Assembly (NCBI GenBank): GCA_018830445.1
Contig: JAHJSN010000036.1
Span: 2,096-66,095 of the forward strand
DNA: 64,000 bases
Source of the DNA: Alphaproteobacteria bacterium
Lineage (GTDB): Bacteria; Pseudomonadota; Alphaproteobacteria; Rhizobiales; Hyphomicrobiaceae
Direction of reading: 5' to 3'
Positions within the stretch are counted from its first letter, which is position 1; each line of letters opens with the position of its first letter. The notes below the pieces were generated by a model. That model was not told where the DNA came from, did no database searches, and saw nothing but the letters and a program-made list of their open reading frames with translations. This document shows positions 47,105 through 58,400 of the stretch, one piece after another. The position numbers and the translations under genes are program-made.

Positions 47105-48367
47105 TCACGACAACGAACCTGCGACATCCTCTGCCGTAACGAAACTGCGCGACAACTGCAGCACCAGTTCATTGATCAGGAATCGGCCGGCACCGATCGC
47201 CCTTACCCGGCGCCCGCCGTCGATGACTTCGAGTACGCCCTGGCCAACGAGTCGTTCAACGGTTTCACAATCCGGAATCACACCGCCGACTTGCCGCAGC
47301 CGCTCGATATCGAGCCCTTCGCGGAGCCTGAGACCCATCAGCAGCATTTCGTCGGCCGCCGCCTCCCGCGCGATCGGCTCTGCTTCGACGATCCCGTGCC
47401 CCTCGGCTTCGACCAGCCCTGCCCAGGTTTCCGGATGGCGTTCGATGACGCTCGCCATCCGCCCGTGTTCTCCGGCAATACGACCATGCGCACCCGGCCC
47501 CACCCCGGCATATTCGCCATACCGCCAGTAGACGAGATTGTGCCGGCTCTCCTCGCCGCAACGGGCGTGGTTCGAAACCTCATAGGCCGGCAGGCCGGCG
47601 GCCTCCGTCATCGCCTGGGTGGCTTCGTACATGTCTGCGGCTTCATCCTCGTTCGGCACCGTGAGTTGACCCGCCGCATAAAGCTTTTCGAACGTCGTTC
47701 CAGGCTCGATGGTGAGTTGATAGAGCGAAAGGTGCGAGGGGTTGAACGCCAATGCCTCGGCGAGTTCCGCGCGCCACGCTTCAAGCGTCTGAACGCTGCG
47801 CGCATAGATCAGGTCGAACGACACCCGCTCGAACGTATCCGCAGCGATCTTCAGCGCCGCTTTCGCTTCTTCGACGGTGTGAATCCGGCCCAGCGCCTTC
47901 AGGTCTTCCGCGATCAGCGATTGAATGCCAAGCGAAACCCGGTTGACCCCAGCGGCGCGATAGTCGCGGAACCGTCCCGCATCGACCGACCCCGGATTGG
48001 CTTCGAGCGTGATTTCTGCGCCGTTGTCGACATCCCACAGACGCGCAACTTCCGCGAGGATCGCCCCAACCGTCGCGCCTTGCATCAGCGAAGGCGTACC
48101 GCCGCCGAAAAAGATGCTGCCGACGCTCCTTGGACCGGTAAGTTCGCGAAAGTGCCGCAACTCATTCAGGTATGCCGCAAGGAAACGCGCTTCATCGAAG
48201 CCCGAGCGTCCGTCGCGCCCGCCAAAGCGAACGTGGCTGTTGAAATCGCAGTAGGGGCACTTCTGCGCACAGAACGGCCAATGGATATAGACGCCGAAAC
48301 CCGGCCCGCCGACCGCCGGGCAAAGCCGCTTATCGACAGCCGTCAGTCCGTCGGTTTCCTGCGTCAT
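47105..48367 (-). CDS. hemW: Radical SAM family heme chaperone HemW (HemN-like)
   Basis: [18 protein letters not shown] (CxxxCxxC), GGGTPS and an HemN_C-like C-terminus. The ATG at 48367 overlaps the rdgB stop (ATGA). Confidence 0.9.
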   Translation of the reverse strand: MTQETDGLTAVDKRLCPAVGGPGFGVYIHWPFCAQKCPYCDFNSHVRFGGRDGRSGFDEARFLAAYLNELRHFRELTGPRSVGSIFFGGGTPSLMQGATVGAILAEVARLWDVDNGAEITLEANPGSVDAGRFRDYRAAGVNRVSLGIQSLIAEDLKALGRIHTVEEAKAALKIAADTFERVSFDLIYARSVQTLEAWRAELAEALAFNPSHLSLYQLTIEPGTTFEKLYAAGQLTVPNEDEAADMYEATQAMTEAAGLPAYEVSNHARCGEESRHNLVYWRYGEYAGVGPGAHGRIAGEHGRMASVIERHPETWAGLVEAEGHGIVEAEPIAREAAADEMLLMGLRLREGLDIERLRQVGGVIPDCETVERLVGQGVLEVIDGGRRVRAIGAGRFLINELVLQLSRSFVTAEDVAGSLS

Positions 48368-49257
48368 TCGTACCGGCTGCCTGCCAGCAGCGCTTTCGCC
48401 AACAACCGCCACCGCGGCTCCTCCTCGAGAGTCCGACTGTCCGTGATCCACGCCTGCACAGCCTCCAGGAACGACTCCAGATCGGCGTTTTCCCATTCAG
48501 CGCCGTTCGTCTTGAGATCGCTGCGAAGGTTGGCGACGAATGTGCCAAGCTCGGCCTGTGTCGACAAGTTCGCCGCAGCAGCCGCCAATCCTTCGTAGGC
48601 GCCGGCCCCATGGCTCGCTTCGCAATCCGCCGTATGGGCGAGCCCTTCGAGTTTGGCCGCCTTGAACAAGGCAAACGCGCGCGAGCGATGCGACATCGCG
48701 TGCTTTTCGGCAGGTTCCATCTCACCGAACGTTTGGCCCTTGCCGTCGGGCAGGAACATCGGGTCGTAGCCGAAGCCGTTGCCGCCGCGCGCCGGCCACA
48801 CGAGCACGCCATCGACGCGCCCTTCGAAGACTTCCGTTTGCCCATCCGGCCACGCCAGGCACAACCTACAGATGAAGTTGGCTCGCGGTCCTGGGGCCGC
48901 CCAGCCGTGGCGCGCACTCACTTCTTCGGCGACTTTCGTCATGGCCAGCGAAAAGTCCTTCGACGGCCCCGCCCAGCGCGCCGAGTAGATCCCAGGCGCG
49001 CCGCCGAGAACGTCGACTTCAAGTCCCGAATCATCCGCCAGCGCCGGCAGCCCCGACGCCTTGGCCGCGGCCAGCGCCTTCAGCTTCGCATTGCCCGCGA
49101 ATGTCGTTTCGGTCTCCTCCGGCTCCGGCAGGTCGAGATCCCCGGCCGAAACCGCGTCGAGTCCGAACGGCGCGATGAGCTGCTTGATCTCCCACACCTT
49201 CCCCGCATTGTGGCTTGCAACGACGAGCCGCATTCCATGTTCAAGGTTATGCGTCAT
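48364..49257 (-). CDS. rdgB: dITP/XTP pyrophosphatase RdgB with an extra C-terminal domain of about 90 aa
   Basis: [27 protein letters not shown] and GFGYDP.F are Ham1 family motifs. The core ends near ...[10 protein letters not shown]. 90 further residues are in frame ([16 protein letters not shown]...). Confidence 0.88.
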   Translation of the reverse strand: MTHNLEHGMRLVVASHNAGKVWEIKQLIAPFGLDAVSAGDLDLPEPEETETTFAGNAKLKALAAAKASGLPALADDSGLEVDVLGGAPGIYSARWAGPSKDFSLAMTKVAEEVSARHGWAAPGPRANFICRLCLAWPDGQTEVFEGRVDGVLVWPARGGNGFGYDPMFLPDGKGQTFGEMEPAEKHAMSHRSRAFALFKAAKLEGLAHTADCEASHGAGAYEGLAAAAANLSTQAELGTFVANLRSDLKTNGAEWENADLESFLEAVQAWITDSRTLEEEPRWRLLAKALLAGSRYE

Positions 49258-49679
49258 GAAAGCCCCCAGATGCGCGGCTCGGCAAACTCCAGCGAGTTGC
49301 CGGCGGTATCGCGGAAATAGATCGAACGCCCGCCCTGCGGCCACTCGAAATCAAGCTCGATCACGACGCCCTTCTCCTCAAGATGCGATTTCCAGCACGC
49401 GATCTCACCGGCCCCGGCGCGAAAGCAGATATGCCCTTGTCCGGTGGCTCCATGCGAAGACATTTTGATTTTTGCATCGGCAGCCGACGCAACACGCGTC
49501 GCGTTCGGATTGAAGATCAGCAGCATCTGCCCGCCGCACTTGAAGAACACATGGCGGCCCGGCTGCTTCGAGAACACTTCGAAGCCGAGAACACCGCTGT
49601 AGAACTGTTCTGCAGCTTCGAGATCCTCTGCATAGAGACTCGATTCGAGTATGCCTTGAGGCACGAGACGGTCCACCAC
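49254..49679 (-). CDS. VOC (glyoxalase/bleomycin-resistance/dioxygenase) family protein
   Basis: 141 aa with beta-alpha-beta-beta-beta pattern motifs ([17 protein letters not shown]...HICF...YFRD..GN.LEF). The GTG start follows GAGGAGGAG. Confidence 0.75.
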   Translation of the reverse strand: MVDRLVPQGILESSLYAEDLEAAEQFYSGVLGFEVFSKQPGRHVFFKCGGQMLLIFNPNATRVASAADAKIKMSSHGATGQGHICFRAGAGEIACWKSHLEEKGVVIELDFEWPQGGRSIYFRDTAGNSLEFAEPRIWGLS

Positions 49680-49717
49680 CTCCTCCTCTCTTCCGATTTT
49701 GGCAGCGCGCTTCCAAT

Positions 49718-49765
49718 CGGCCCAGTCATCAGCCCAGTCATCGGCCCAGTCATCGGCCCGGTCAG
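49718..49765. repeat. 12-bp microsatellite, 4 copies (CGGCCCAGTCAT-like)
   Basis: CGGCCCAGTCAT CAGCCCAGTCAT CGGCCCAGTCAT CGGCCCGGTCAG lies between the rph stop and the VOC gene start. Confidence 0.9.
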
Positions 49766-50475
49766 CTGATTGTAAGCTTCTGGAGTTGTAGCAGCTCGCC
49801 GATGCCCTTGCGCCCTAGCTTCATCAACTCATCGAAATTTTCCTGGCTGAACGGATTGGTTTCCGCCGTGCCCTGCACCTCGACGATACCGCCCGAGCCC
49901 GTCATGACGAAATTGGCATCCGCATCGGCATTGGAATCCTCCGCGTAGTCGAGATCGAGAACCGGCGTCCCCTTGTAGAGGCCGCACGAAACAGCTGCGA
50001 CCTGATCTGGAAGCGCGTCCCGCGTCACCATCTCACGCACTTTCATCCACTCGATGCAATCGCTGAGCGCCACCCATGCGCCGGTTATCGCAGCGGTCCT
50101 GGTTCCGCCATCGGCCTGGATAACGTCGCAATCCACCGTGATCTGCCGTTCGCCGAGCTTCTCAAGGTTGACCACTGCCCTGAGCGAACGCCCGATCAGC
50201 CGCTGGATCTCATGTGTTCGCCCCGACGGCGAACCGCGGGTGACTTCGCGCCGCGTGCGGTCGCTCGTTGCGCGCGGCAGCATGGCGTATTCGGCCGTGA
50301 CCCAGCCGCGCCCCTGCCCCTTGAGCCACGGCGGCACCCGTTCTTCGAGCGAGGCCGTGCAAAGCACGTGCGTATTGCCGAATTTGATCAGGCAGGAACC
50401 CTCCGCGTGCATCGAGACGGCGCGTTCGATGGAGATCCGGCGAAGTTCGTCGGGCTGGCGATTTGATGGGCGCAT
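49762..50475 (-). CDS. rph: Ribonuclease PH
   Basis: [12 protein letters not shown]......HAEGS.L..FG.T.VLC and GRSLR......[19 protein letters not shown]. The start was set at ATG 50475. Confidence 0.95.
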   Translation of the reverse strand: MRPSNRQPDELRRISIERAVSMHAEGSCLIKFGNTHVLCTASLEERVPPWLKGQGRGWVTAEYAMLPRATSDRTRREVTRGSPSGRTHEIQRLIGRSLRAVVNLEKLGERQITVDCDVIQADGGTRTAAITGAWVALSDCIEWMKVREMVTRDALPDQVAAVSCGLYKGTPVLDLDYAEDSNADADANFVMTGSGGIVEVQGTAETNPFSQENFDELMKLGRKGIGELLQLQKLTIS

Positions 50476-50747
50476 TTTTTCGGGCTCTTTATAGGGATGT
50501 GGCGCAGCGACGCTCCGGGCAGTGGTTGTCACCAGCCAGGACTGCGGGCTCCAAGGTGGCCGGACCCTAAAAGAGCGATCAATCAGGTTCAACCTGAAAA
50601 GCCCGCGAATGGCACGCGGGATGCCGATTTACCCGAAACCGGACCACAAGCTGGCAAAATCAGCGTTTGACGACGCCCCCTCCCACCCCTAGCTATTTAT
50701 GGGATCAAGCGACCCTGACGATTGAGGAAGAACGCGACTGAGACGCA

Positions 50748-51830
50748 ATGAAGGAACAAAAACTCGAAACGAACGACCGGCTGTTCACCGTGGATGCTCT
50801 GAACGAGCGCTCACGAACAATCCTTCGTCAGATCGTTGAATCCTACCTTCAGACCGGCGAACCGGTCGGCTCGCGCAACCTTGCGCGCGTACTGCCGATT
50901 AATCTGTCCCCCGCATCGATCCGCAACGTCATGCAGGACCTTGAGCACCTCGGCCTCATTACGGCCCCCCACACGTCCGCCGGCCGCCTGCCGACCCAGT
51001 CCGGCCTGCGCATGTTCGTGGACGGCCTCCTCGAAGTCGGCGACCTCTCCGACGAAGAGCGCCAATCGATCGAATCCCAGATTCGCGCGCGCCGAACCGG
51101 AGGCTCATTCGACAACCTGTTGAGCCAGGCCGGCGAGATGATTTCGGGCCTGTCTCACTGCGCCGGCATCGTCTTCGCCGGCAAGCAGGTCGAGCGGCTC
51201 AAACAGGTCGAGTTTGTGCCCCTGTCGCCGGGCCGCGCGCTCCTTATCCTGGTCGGTGAATCCGGCGAAGTCGAGAACCGCGTCCTCGATCTGCCAAGTG
51301 ATCTGCCGCGCAGCGCCTTGCAGCAAGCCTCCAACTATCTGAATGCCAACGTCCAGGGCCTGACGATCCCGGAAGCAATGGCAAAGTTGAAGGCCGAACA
51401 GTCGAAGGCCCGCGCCGAACTCGACGAACTGACCCAGAGCGCCATCAACGCCGGCCTTGCCGAATGGTCCGGATCGCTCGGCGACCGCAAGAGCCTCATC
51501 GTCAGCGGCCGTTCGAACCTGTTGAAGGAGGTTTCCGCCCAGGAAGACCTGGAACGCATCCGCCAGCTGTTCGACGATCTCGATTCGAAGCGCGACCTGA
51601 TGCAGATTCTCGGCATTGCCGAGGAAGCCGATGGCGTAAAGATCTTCATCGGCTCTGAAAACAAGCTTTTTTCACTTTCCGGCTCCTCGATCATCGCCGC
51701 GCCTTTCCACGACGAAGACCGCAAGATCGTAGGCGTCATCGGCATTATAGGTCCGACCCGCCTCAATTATGCGCGCATCATCCCGATGGTCGATTACACC
51801 GCAAAGCTGGTCGGAAGGCTTCTGACCTGA
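50748..51830 (+). CDS. hrcA: Heat-inducible transcription repressor HrcA
   Basis: LNERSR.IL..IVE.Y...GEPVGSR.L......LSPASIRNVM.DLE..GL...PHTSAGR.PT. Confidence 0.95.
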   Translation: MKEQKLETNDRLFTVDALNERSRTILRQIVESYLQTGEPVGSRNLARVLPINLSPASIRNVMQDLEHLGLITAPHTSAGRLPTQSGLRMFVDGLLEVGDLSDEERQSIESQIRARRTGGSFDNLLSQAGEMISGLSHCAGIVFAGKQVERLKQVEFVPLSPGRALLILVGESGEVENRVLDLPSDLPRSALQQASNYLNANVQGLTIPEAMAKLKAEQSKARAELDELTQSAINAGLAEWSGSLGDRKSLIVSGRSNLLKEVSAQEDLERIRQLFDDLDSKRDLMQILGIAEEADGVKIFIGSENKLFSLSGSSIIAAPFHDEDRKIVGVIGIIGPTRLNYARIIPMVDYTAKLVGRLLT

Positions 51831-51838
51831 AGCGAGAC

Positions 51839-51866
51839 CTTGAAATCCTGCACGTTCGACTGATAT
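51839..51866 (+). promoter_or_regulatory. Candidate RpoH (sigma-32) promoter for grpE
   Basis: CTTGAAA, a 13-nt spacer, then ACTGATAT (partial match to CCCCATNT), about 100 nt upstream of the grpE ATG. Confidence 0.4.
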
Positions 51867-51963
51867 CGAGAGCGGTCTACAGCTTTGCGTCCAGCGCAGC
51901 CTGACGTGATCTCGCAGATCACGAGCCGCCGGACCCGCCAGAATAAATTCGATCGGAGAAACC

Positions 51964-52797
51964 ATGGCCGACGAGCCCACCAAGCCCTCGATGAACCAGA
52001 ACGACAATTCGCCGCGTAGCGCGGGCGGCTCGGATCCGTCGCGGCCGGGGCACTCATCGGCGCGCCGCAGCACGATCATCGACCCGGATCAGTTGTTCGA
52101 CGATCCCGAGCAGGAAGACCTGGCTGACGACGTCCCCTTCGATGCCGCTGAAATGATGGCCGCGCGCCTTGAGGAAATGGAAAAGCAGCAAGCCAACCTG
52201 GCTGACCGGCTCGCCAAGGCGCAGGAGGACATCCACCGTTATCAGGCCGAGATCCAGAACCTGCACCGCCGCCGCGAAAAGGAGACCGAGGAAACCAGCC
52301 GCTACGCGATCGCCAAGTTCGCGAACGACATCGTCACGATGGCCGACAACTTCGAACGTGCCATGACCTCCGTCCCCGCTGAGGCAATCCACGACAACCC
52401 TGTGCTGAAATCGCTGCTCGACGGCGTTACCATGACCGAGCGCGAATTCCTCAATGTTCTCGAGCGCCATGGCGTCAAGCGGATCTCGCCGAAGGACGAA
52501 CTGTTCGATCCCCACAGGCATCAGGCGGTGATGGAACAAGAAGACAAGGCGGTACCCTCCGGCACCGTGCTGCAGGTCTTTCAGGCCGGCTACGTTATCG
52601 CCGACCGTGTCCTGCGCCCCGCGATGGTCGTCGTTGCGCGCGGCGGCCCCAAGCCGGTCAAGCCGATGGCACCGGCTGAATCCGAAGCCGATGCTGCCGC
52701 AACCACCTCCGAGGAAGCAGCGTCTCCCGCTCAGGATCGCGCGCAAGGTCCCGAAGCGAACGAAGAGCCGCCAGTGGGCGACAACGGCACCGCCTGA
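51964..52797 (+). CDS. grpE: Nucleotide exchange factor GrpE
   Basis: Coiled-coil ...R..AE..N.RRR.EKE then FDP..H.A......VV.V.Q.GY.....VLRPAMV.V. It has long low-complexity N- and C-terminal tails. Confidence 0.93.
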   Translation: MADEPTKPSMNQNDNSPRSAGGSDPSRPGHSSARRSTIIDPDQLFDDPEQEDLADDVPFDAAEMMAARLEEMEKQQANLADRLAKAQEDIHRYQAEIQNLHRRREKETEETSRYAIAKFANDIVTMADNFERAMTSVPAEAIHDNPVLKSLLDGVTMTEREFLNVLERHGVKRISPKDELFDPHRHQAVMEQEDKAVPSGTVLQVFQAGYVIADRVLRPAMVVVARGGPKPVKPMAPAESEADAAATTSEEAASPAQDRAQGPEANEEPPVGDNGTA

Positions 52798-52885
52798 GCA
52801 CCGCCGCCAATTGGTCACCGGCTCACCTCGCCACAGTCGAATTGTCAGGGTATTGCTCCCGCCCCCACAGCAACGCAGGTGTGCC

Positions 52886-53138
52886 ATGTCTCGCAAACAG
52901 AAACGCAATCTGCGGCTCGGCCGCCATAACCTCGAAAGCTTCGCTGACCAAACGGCGAGCTTTTGAGGCTACGAGCAAACGCCGTCGCTCCTACCCTTCA
53001 GAAACCCACGTCAAAAGCGGCGAACGCATCGTCCACGGCGACGTCGAACTGATCGAAAAGCTCGGCCGCAACGATCCCTGCCCCTGCGGCACCGGACGAA
53101 GGTTTCAAGCGCTGCTGCCTGAAATCGGGCCGCCATGA
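52886..53138 (+). pseudogene. SEC-C-motif small protein, apparently frameshifted
   Basis: Frame 0 reads ...[26 protein letters not shown] then [10 protein letters not shown]. Skipping one base after TTT gives KRCCLK, which completes the canonical CPCGxGxxFKxCC SEC-C zinc motif. An ATG-initiated basic N-terminus ([11 protein letters not shown]...) sits in a third frame and stops at 52966. Confidence 0.45.
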
Positions 53139-53184
53139 TGGCGCTCTGCGCGCCCACTATTTTCAGGGAACGCAGCTAAGCGAA

Positions 53185-53212
53185 AACAGGCCGCGCTTGC
53201 CGCACGGCCTGT
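53185..53212 (-). terminator. Intrinsic terminator downstream of the SPFH gene
   Basis: AACAGGCCG pairs with CGGCCTGTT across an 11-nt loop. On the minus strand the stem is followed by TTTTCGCTT. Confidence 0.7.
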
Positions 53213-53248
53213 TCCGCATTTCACATCGGATTAGAAGCCGGTTCGCCT

Positions 53249-55102
53249 CTATTGAGCCGGAGCGGCTGCCGGCGGTGCTGCCAGGCTCTGGTTTCCGCCC
53301 TGCCCGAGGACCCCCGACAGGATCGCCGCCGCGCCGGCAAGCCCGCCGTCTCCGCCGCCGCCGCTCACCATGGTGTGCGGCACCAGCCTTGAGATCAGCC
53401 CGACGAGTTCCGGCTTCTTCTCGAGCGCGCTCAAGGTCTTGTCGAGCGCCTGCAACAGCGCCACCCGGTCCTGCCCGAGAACGTCGGCCTGCGCCCGCTG
53501 GCCGCGCGCCAGTTCTTCGAGGAACTGGCGTTCGGCGCGCCCCAGCGCCGCCCGCTCGGCCTCGCGCTGGTTTGCCACCTGCACCGCGATTTGAGCCTCG
53601 ACGAGTCGCGGCTGTTCGTTGGCGGTCGCGCGCGCCTGCTCGGTTTCGATTCGCTTGGCCTGCGCGATGGTTTCTCTCTCGTAGGCCTTTTCCAGCTGAT
53701 CGGCGAGCTGTTCGCGCAGCCTCTGCACCAGGAGTTCCGGTGGCACGGCCGGTTCGCCGAGACGAATTTCCTGCACCTGAACGCCCGCCTTGCGGCCCTC
53801 GCGCTTTACCGCGTCTTCGATATTCTGTTCCAGTGCATCACGGTTTTCGATGAGGTCGAGAACCTGCGTCTTGCGGCGGATTTTCTTGGTCGGATCGTTC
53901 GGATCGGGCACTTCGATCTCGGAACCAGCCACGTTGCGGACGATCGATCGGATCACCGGCGTCAGGATTCGGTTCTCGATTTCCTCAAGCCCGCCGACAG
54001 CACCGACCACGACTGGCGCATTCTTCGGGTTGACCTGCACGAGCACGCGCAATTCCTGCGGAATATCCCAACCCTCCACCTTTACGAACACGGCCTTGTC
54101 GGCGGCCTCTTCCGGCACGGGTTGCGGCTCCGAACGCTCCGTCTGCTTGATGTTGCCCTGCTGGTCGACCGCCAGATCGATGATCCGCTTGGTGAATCCG
54201 CCCTTGTACTCCCAGGTTTTCACCCGCGTATCGACGAGCGTCACCTGATACGCCTTGCGGTTGAGATAATAGGCGCCCGGCAGCAGCGGATCGCGCCATA
54301 TCCCCACGCAGCCCTGCGGCACCAGCGGCACCGACAACGCGCCGGGCACGGCTTCACTGGCCTTGACCTCTTCTTCGACGCAGGAAACCCCCGGCTTCGA
54401 AACGTTGCTCTTGACCACGCCGACGTGACCCGCAGGAATGATCGTGGCGCGCGTGTCGTCATCGGACTGCGCGTCGAACTGCTTGACGCGGACGTCGAAC
54501 AGATAGCGGTTGAGGCGGTATTCGCCGGGCTTCAACACCGTTTCCTGAGGGCCGCGAAAGCCGCCTTCGGTCAGGTAGGTCTTGGCTACAAGCATCGCGC
54601 TGGTCCGCTCGTCGGAAATTTTCGGCGCGATGAACATGCCCTCCGGCATCGATTCCCCATCGACGGCAACGATCTCGCCGTAATATCCCTCCGGCACCTT
54701 GACGATCGGAAACTCCTCGACCTGATACAGCACCCGGACGAGTGGCATGAAATGGAAGCCCGGACCCAGGATCTCCGCCTGCGGTCCCTTTTGACCGGAA
54801 AGAGCGATGATCCGCCCCGGCGGCAGTTCTTCGAAGGCGTAGATGCGCTTCAGATGCCCGACGCTGTCGGCGTCGATGAAGACGAATGACGTCGAAGCCA
54901 GAAGGAACAATCCTATGAGAATCGAAACGAGACCCGAGACAGTCCCCGAGAAACCGGAAATCGCCTGCCTCACGCCATCGAGGCGCTTGTCGCCCGAACC
55001 AGCGCTAGGCACCGGCAATCGCTGTCCGGAGCGGCTGCCCCCCAGGAACAGGCGCCAGATGCCGTAGCCAAGTGCCAGGAATCCTAAAACAACATAGATC
55101 AT
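53249..55102 (-). CDS. SPFH/band-7 (flotillin-like) membrane protein
   Basis: Two N-terminal TM segments, an SPFH-like core (GHLKRIY...ILGPGFHFMP...V...P) and a long C-terminal E/A/Q/R-rich coiled coil. Confidence 0.65.
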   Translation of the reverse strand: MIYVVLGFLALGYGIWRLFLGGSRSGQRLPVPSAGSGDKRLDGVRQAISGFSGTVSGLVSILIGLFLLASTSFVFIDADSVGHLKRIYAFEELPPGRIIALSGQKGPQAEILGPGFHFMPLVRVLYQVEEFPIVKVPEGYYGEIVAVDGESMPEGMFIAPKISDERTSAMLVAKTYLTEGGFRGPQETVLKPGEYRLNRYLFDVRVKQFDAQSDDDTRATIIPAGHVGVVKSNVSKPGVSCVEEEVKASEAVPGALSVPLVPQGCVGIWRDPLLPGAYYLNRKAYQVTLVDTRVKTWEYKGGFTKRIIDLAVDQQGNIKQTERSEPQPVPEEAADKAVFVKVEGWDIPQELRVLVQVNPKNAPVVVGAVGGLEEIENRILTPVIRSIVRNVAGSEIEVPDPNDPTKKIRRKTQVLDLIENRDALEQNIEDAVKREGRKAGVQVQEIRLGEPAVPPELLVQRLREQLADQLEKAYERETIAQAKRIETEQARATANEQPRLVEAQIAVQVANQREAERAALGRAERQFLEELARGQRAQADVLGQDRVALLQALDKTLSALEKKPELVGLISRLVPHTMVSGGGGDGGLAGAAAILSGVLGQGGNQSLAAPPAAAPAQ

Positions 55103-55206
55103 TGCGGGGCCTCGCCACCAAAAGAAGAATCATTCGTCCGTACGATAAAGGCACACGATTCAATAAGTTGTTAATTATATTGCAGTTGCCATGTGAGACG
55201 AGACGT

Positions 55207-55812
55207 CTACAGGACTGTAACCCGGCGAAATGTCAGGTTTAACCGGCCGCCGCCATCCAGCAAGTCCGAGCTCCCCGGTACGATCCGGTCGATCCCATGG
55301 TACGCCCGCCGCGCCGCGCCTCCAAGAACGGCGACATCCCCGGAACGCAAAATTACGCGCGCCTTGGGATCTCCGCGCCTATGGCCACCGACGTGAAACA
55401 CCGCCTCGTCGCCTAAGGAAACCGACACCACGGGAGCATTCATTTCGGCTTCGTCGGCATCGACGTGGCTGCCCATCTTCGTGCCGGAAGTGTAAAGGTT
55501 GATCAGGCAAGCCTGCGGCGGTGCGGCAAATCCCGCAACCTTCGACCAAAGATCGAGGAAAGCCTGCGGCATCCGGGGCCAGGGCTCGCCGGTTTCCGGG
55601 TGCATCGGCTGGTAACGGTAGCCGCCAACCTTGTCGGAGACCCATCCGAGGTCGCCGCAATTGCTCATCAAAATTGAAAACGGCCTGCCCGATTTCGGCA
55701 TCGAAGGCCTATAAAACGGGGCTTTGACGAGCACCGCTTGCACCAGCAAGAGCCACTCCCGCTGCCGATCCGGCGGCAGATAACCGGGCAAATGCTGAAA
55801 TCCATCGATCAT
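55207..55812 (-). CDS. alkB: Alpha-ketoglutarate/Fe(II)-dependent DNA/RNA dioxygenase AlkB
   Basis: MSNCGDLGWVSD..GYRY, the H-x-D motif (GSHVDADE), H in AYHGI and RLNLTFR (2OG-binding Arg). Confidence 0.9.
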   Translation of the reverse strand: MIDGFQHLPGYLPPDRQREWLLLVQAVLVKAPFYRPSMPKSGRPFSILMSNCGDLGWVSDKVGGYRYQPMHPETGEPWPRMPQAFLDLWSKVAGFAAPPQACLINLYTSGTKMGSHVDADEAEMNAPVVSVSLGDEAVFHVGGHRRGDPKARVILRSGDVAVLGGAARRAYHGIDRIVPGSSDLLDGGGRLNLTFRRVTVL

Positions 55813-55906
55813 TATCGTGATCACCTTGTCCTGCGACCGGCAAGACACATATCGCTAGAGACGTGAATGATCCTCACAATCCCCAACAAATGCACCCCTG
55901 GTCGCA

Positions 55907-55934
55907 GTTGCACAGTAATTTTGCCCGCTTATAT
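55907..55934 (+). promoter_or_regulatory. Candidate RpoH-type promoter (TTG-N17-CTTATAT) far upstream of dnaK
   Basis: gTTGCAC...N...CTTATAT fits the alphaproteobacterial CTTG-N17-18-CYTATNT pattern except for the first C. It lies 320 nt upstream of the dnaK ATG. Confidence 0.35.
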
Positions 55935-55946
55935 AACGCAGGTGAT

Positions 55947-56121
55947 CCAACACCGGTTTACCGAGTGTTGGCGAGATGAAGTGCCCAACACCGGTTTACG
56001 CTCCAACATCGGTCTACCGAATGTTGGGCCAGAAGCGAGTGTTGGCGAGATGAAGTGCCCAACACCGGTTTGCACTCCAACATCGGTCTACCGAATGTTG
56101 GGCCAGAAGCGAGTGTTGGCG
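55947..56121. repeat. 74-bp tandem repeat (about 2.3 copies), each unit carrying two palindromes
   Basis: Unit starts (GAGTGTTGGCGAGATGAAGTGCCCAACACCGGTTT...) are at 55963, 56037 and 56111. The internal hairpins are GTGTTGG-N13-CCAACAC and CCAACAT-N11-ATGTTGG. Confidence 0.95.
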
Positions 56122-56255
56122 ATTATTAGAGTGACGAAGGGGACCGTGCCCAGGCGCCTGTTGGTGGCGCATGTCTTCAACAGGCGGCGAGGCTGAGCCT
56201 AGGCGCCTAGAGAAAGGGCCTACACGGTCTGCCGCAACCAAAAGGAAGATTTGGA

Positions 56256-58175
<1,920 letters not shown>

Positions 58176-58200
58176 ACTTGCTTCAACATCTGCCAAATGC

Positions 58201-58226
58201 GGGACCGGGGCATTGCCTCCGGTCCC
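58201..58226 (+). other. Stem-loop in the dnaK-dnaJ spacer (possible attenuator or processing site)
   Basis: GGGACCGG pairs with CCGGTCCC across a 10-nt loop, 26 nt after the dnaK stop. There is no clear T-run. Confidence 0.5.
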
Positions 58227-58400
58227 GAATTCCTTAAATCTCTGTCTATTCGTCCCGGCGAGGCCCGCAACTCGGATGCGCGCTTCGCCAATCAGGACCA
58301 CAAATGAAGGACTCCGGCAGGCTCAGGTGATTTGGCGCGATGAAATCCGACAGCCAATCGTCCTGGGGCGCCCGGCAGCTGCAAGGACACGATGACGACG

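Noticed and set aside
47081-48598. 505-aa plus-strand ORF opposite hemW and the end of rdgB
   Set aside because: It spans two real minus-strand genes, including their overlap. It is R/P-rich with no motifs.
50600-50747. CIRCE operator or a strong RpoH promoter upstream of hrcA
   Set aside because: There is no TTAGCACTC-N9-GAGTGCTAA-like inverted repeat here, or upstream of grpE or dnaK. The TTGAC...CCCTAGCTAT arrangement at 50677..50706 fits the sigma-32 consensus too poorly to report as a feature.
52842-53138. Intact 98-aa gene as listed in the ORF track
   Set aside because: Its first 45 codons or so (TTG start) look non-coding, and its C-terminus breaks the SEC-C zinc motif. It is better explained as a frameshifted gene (see finding).
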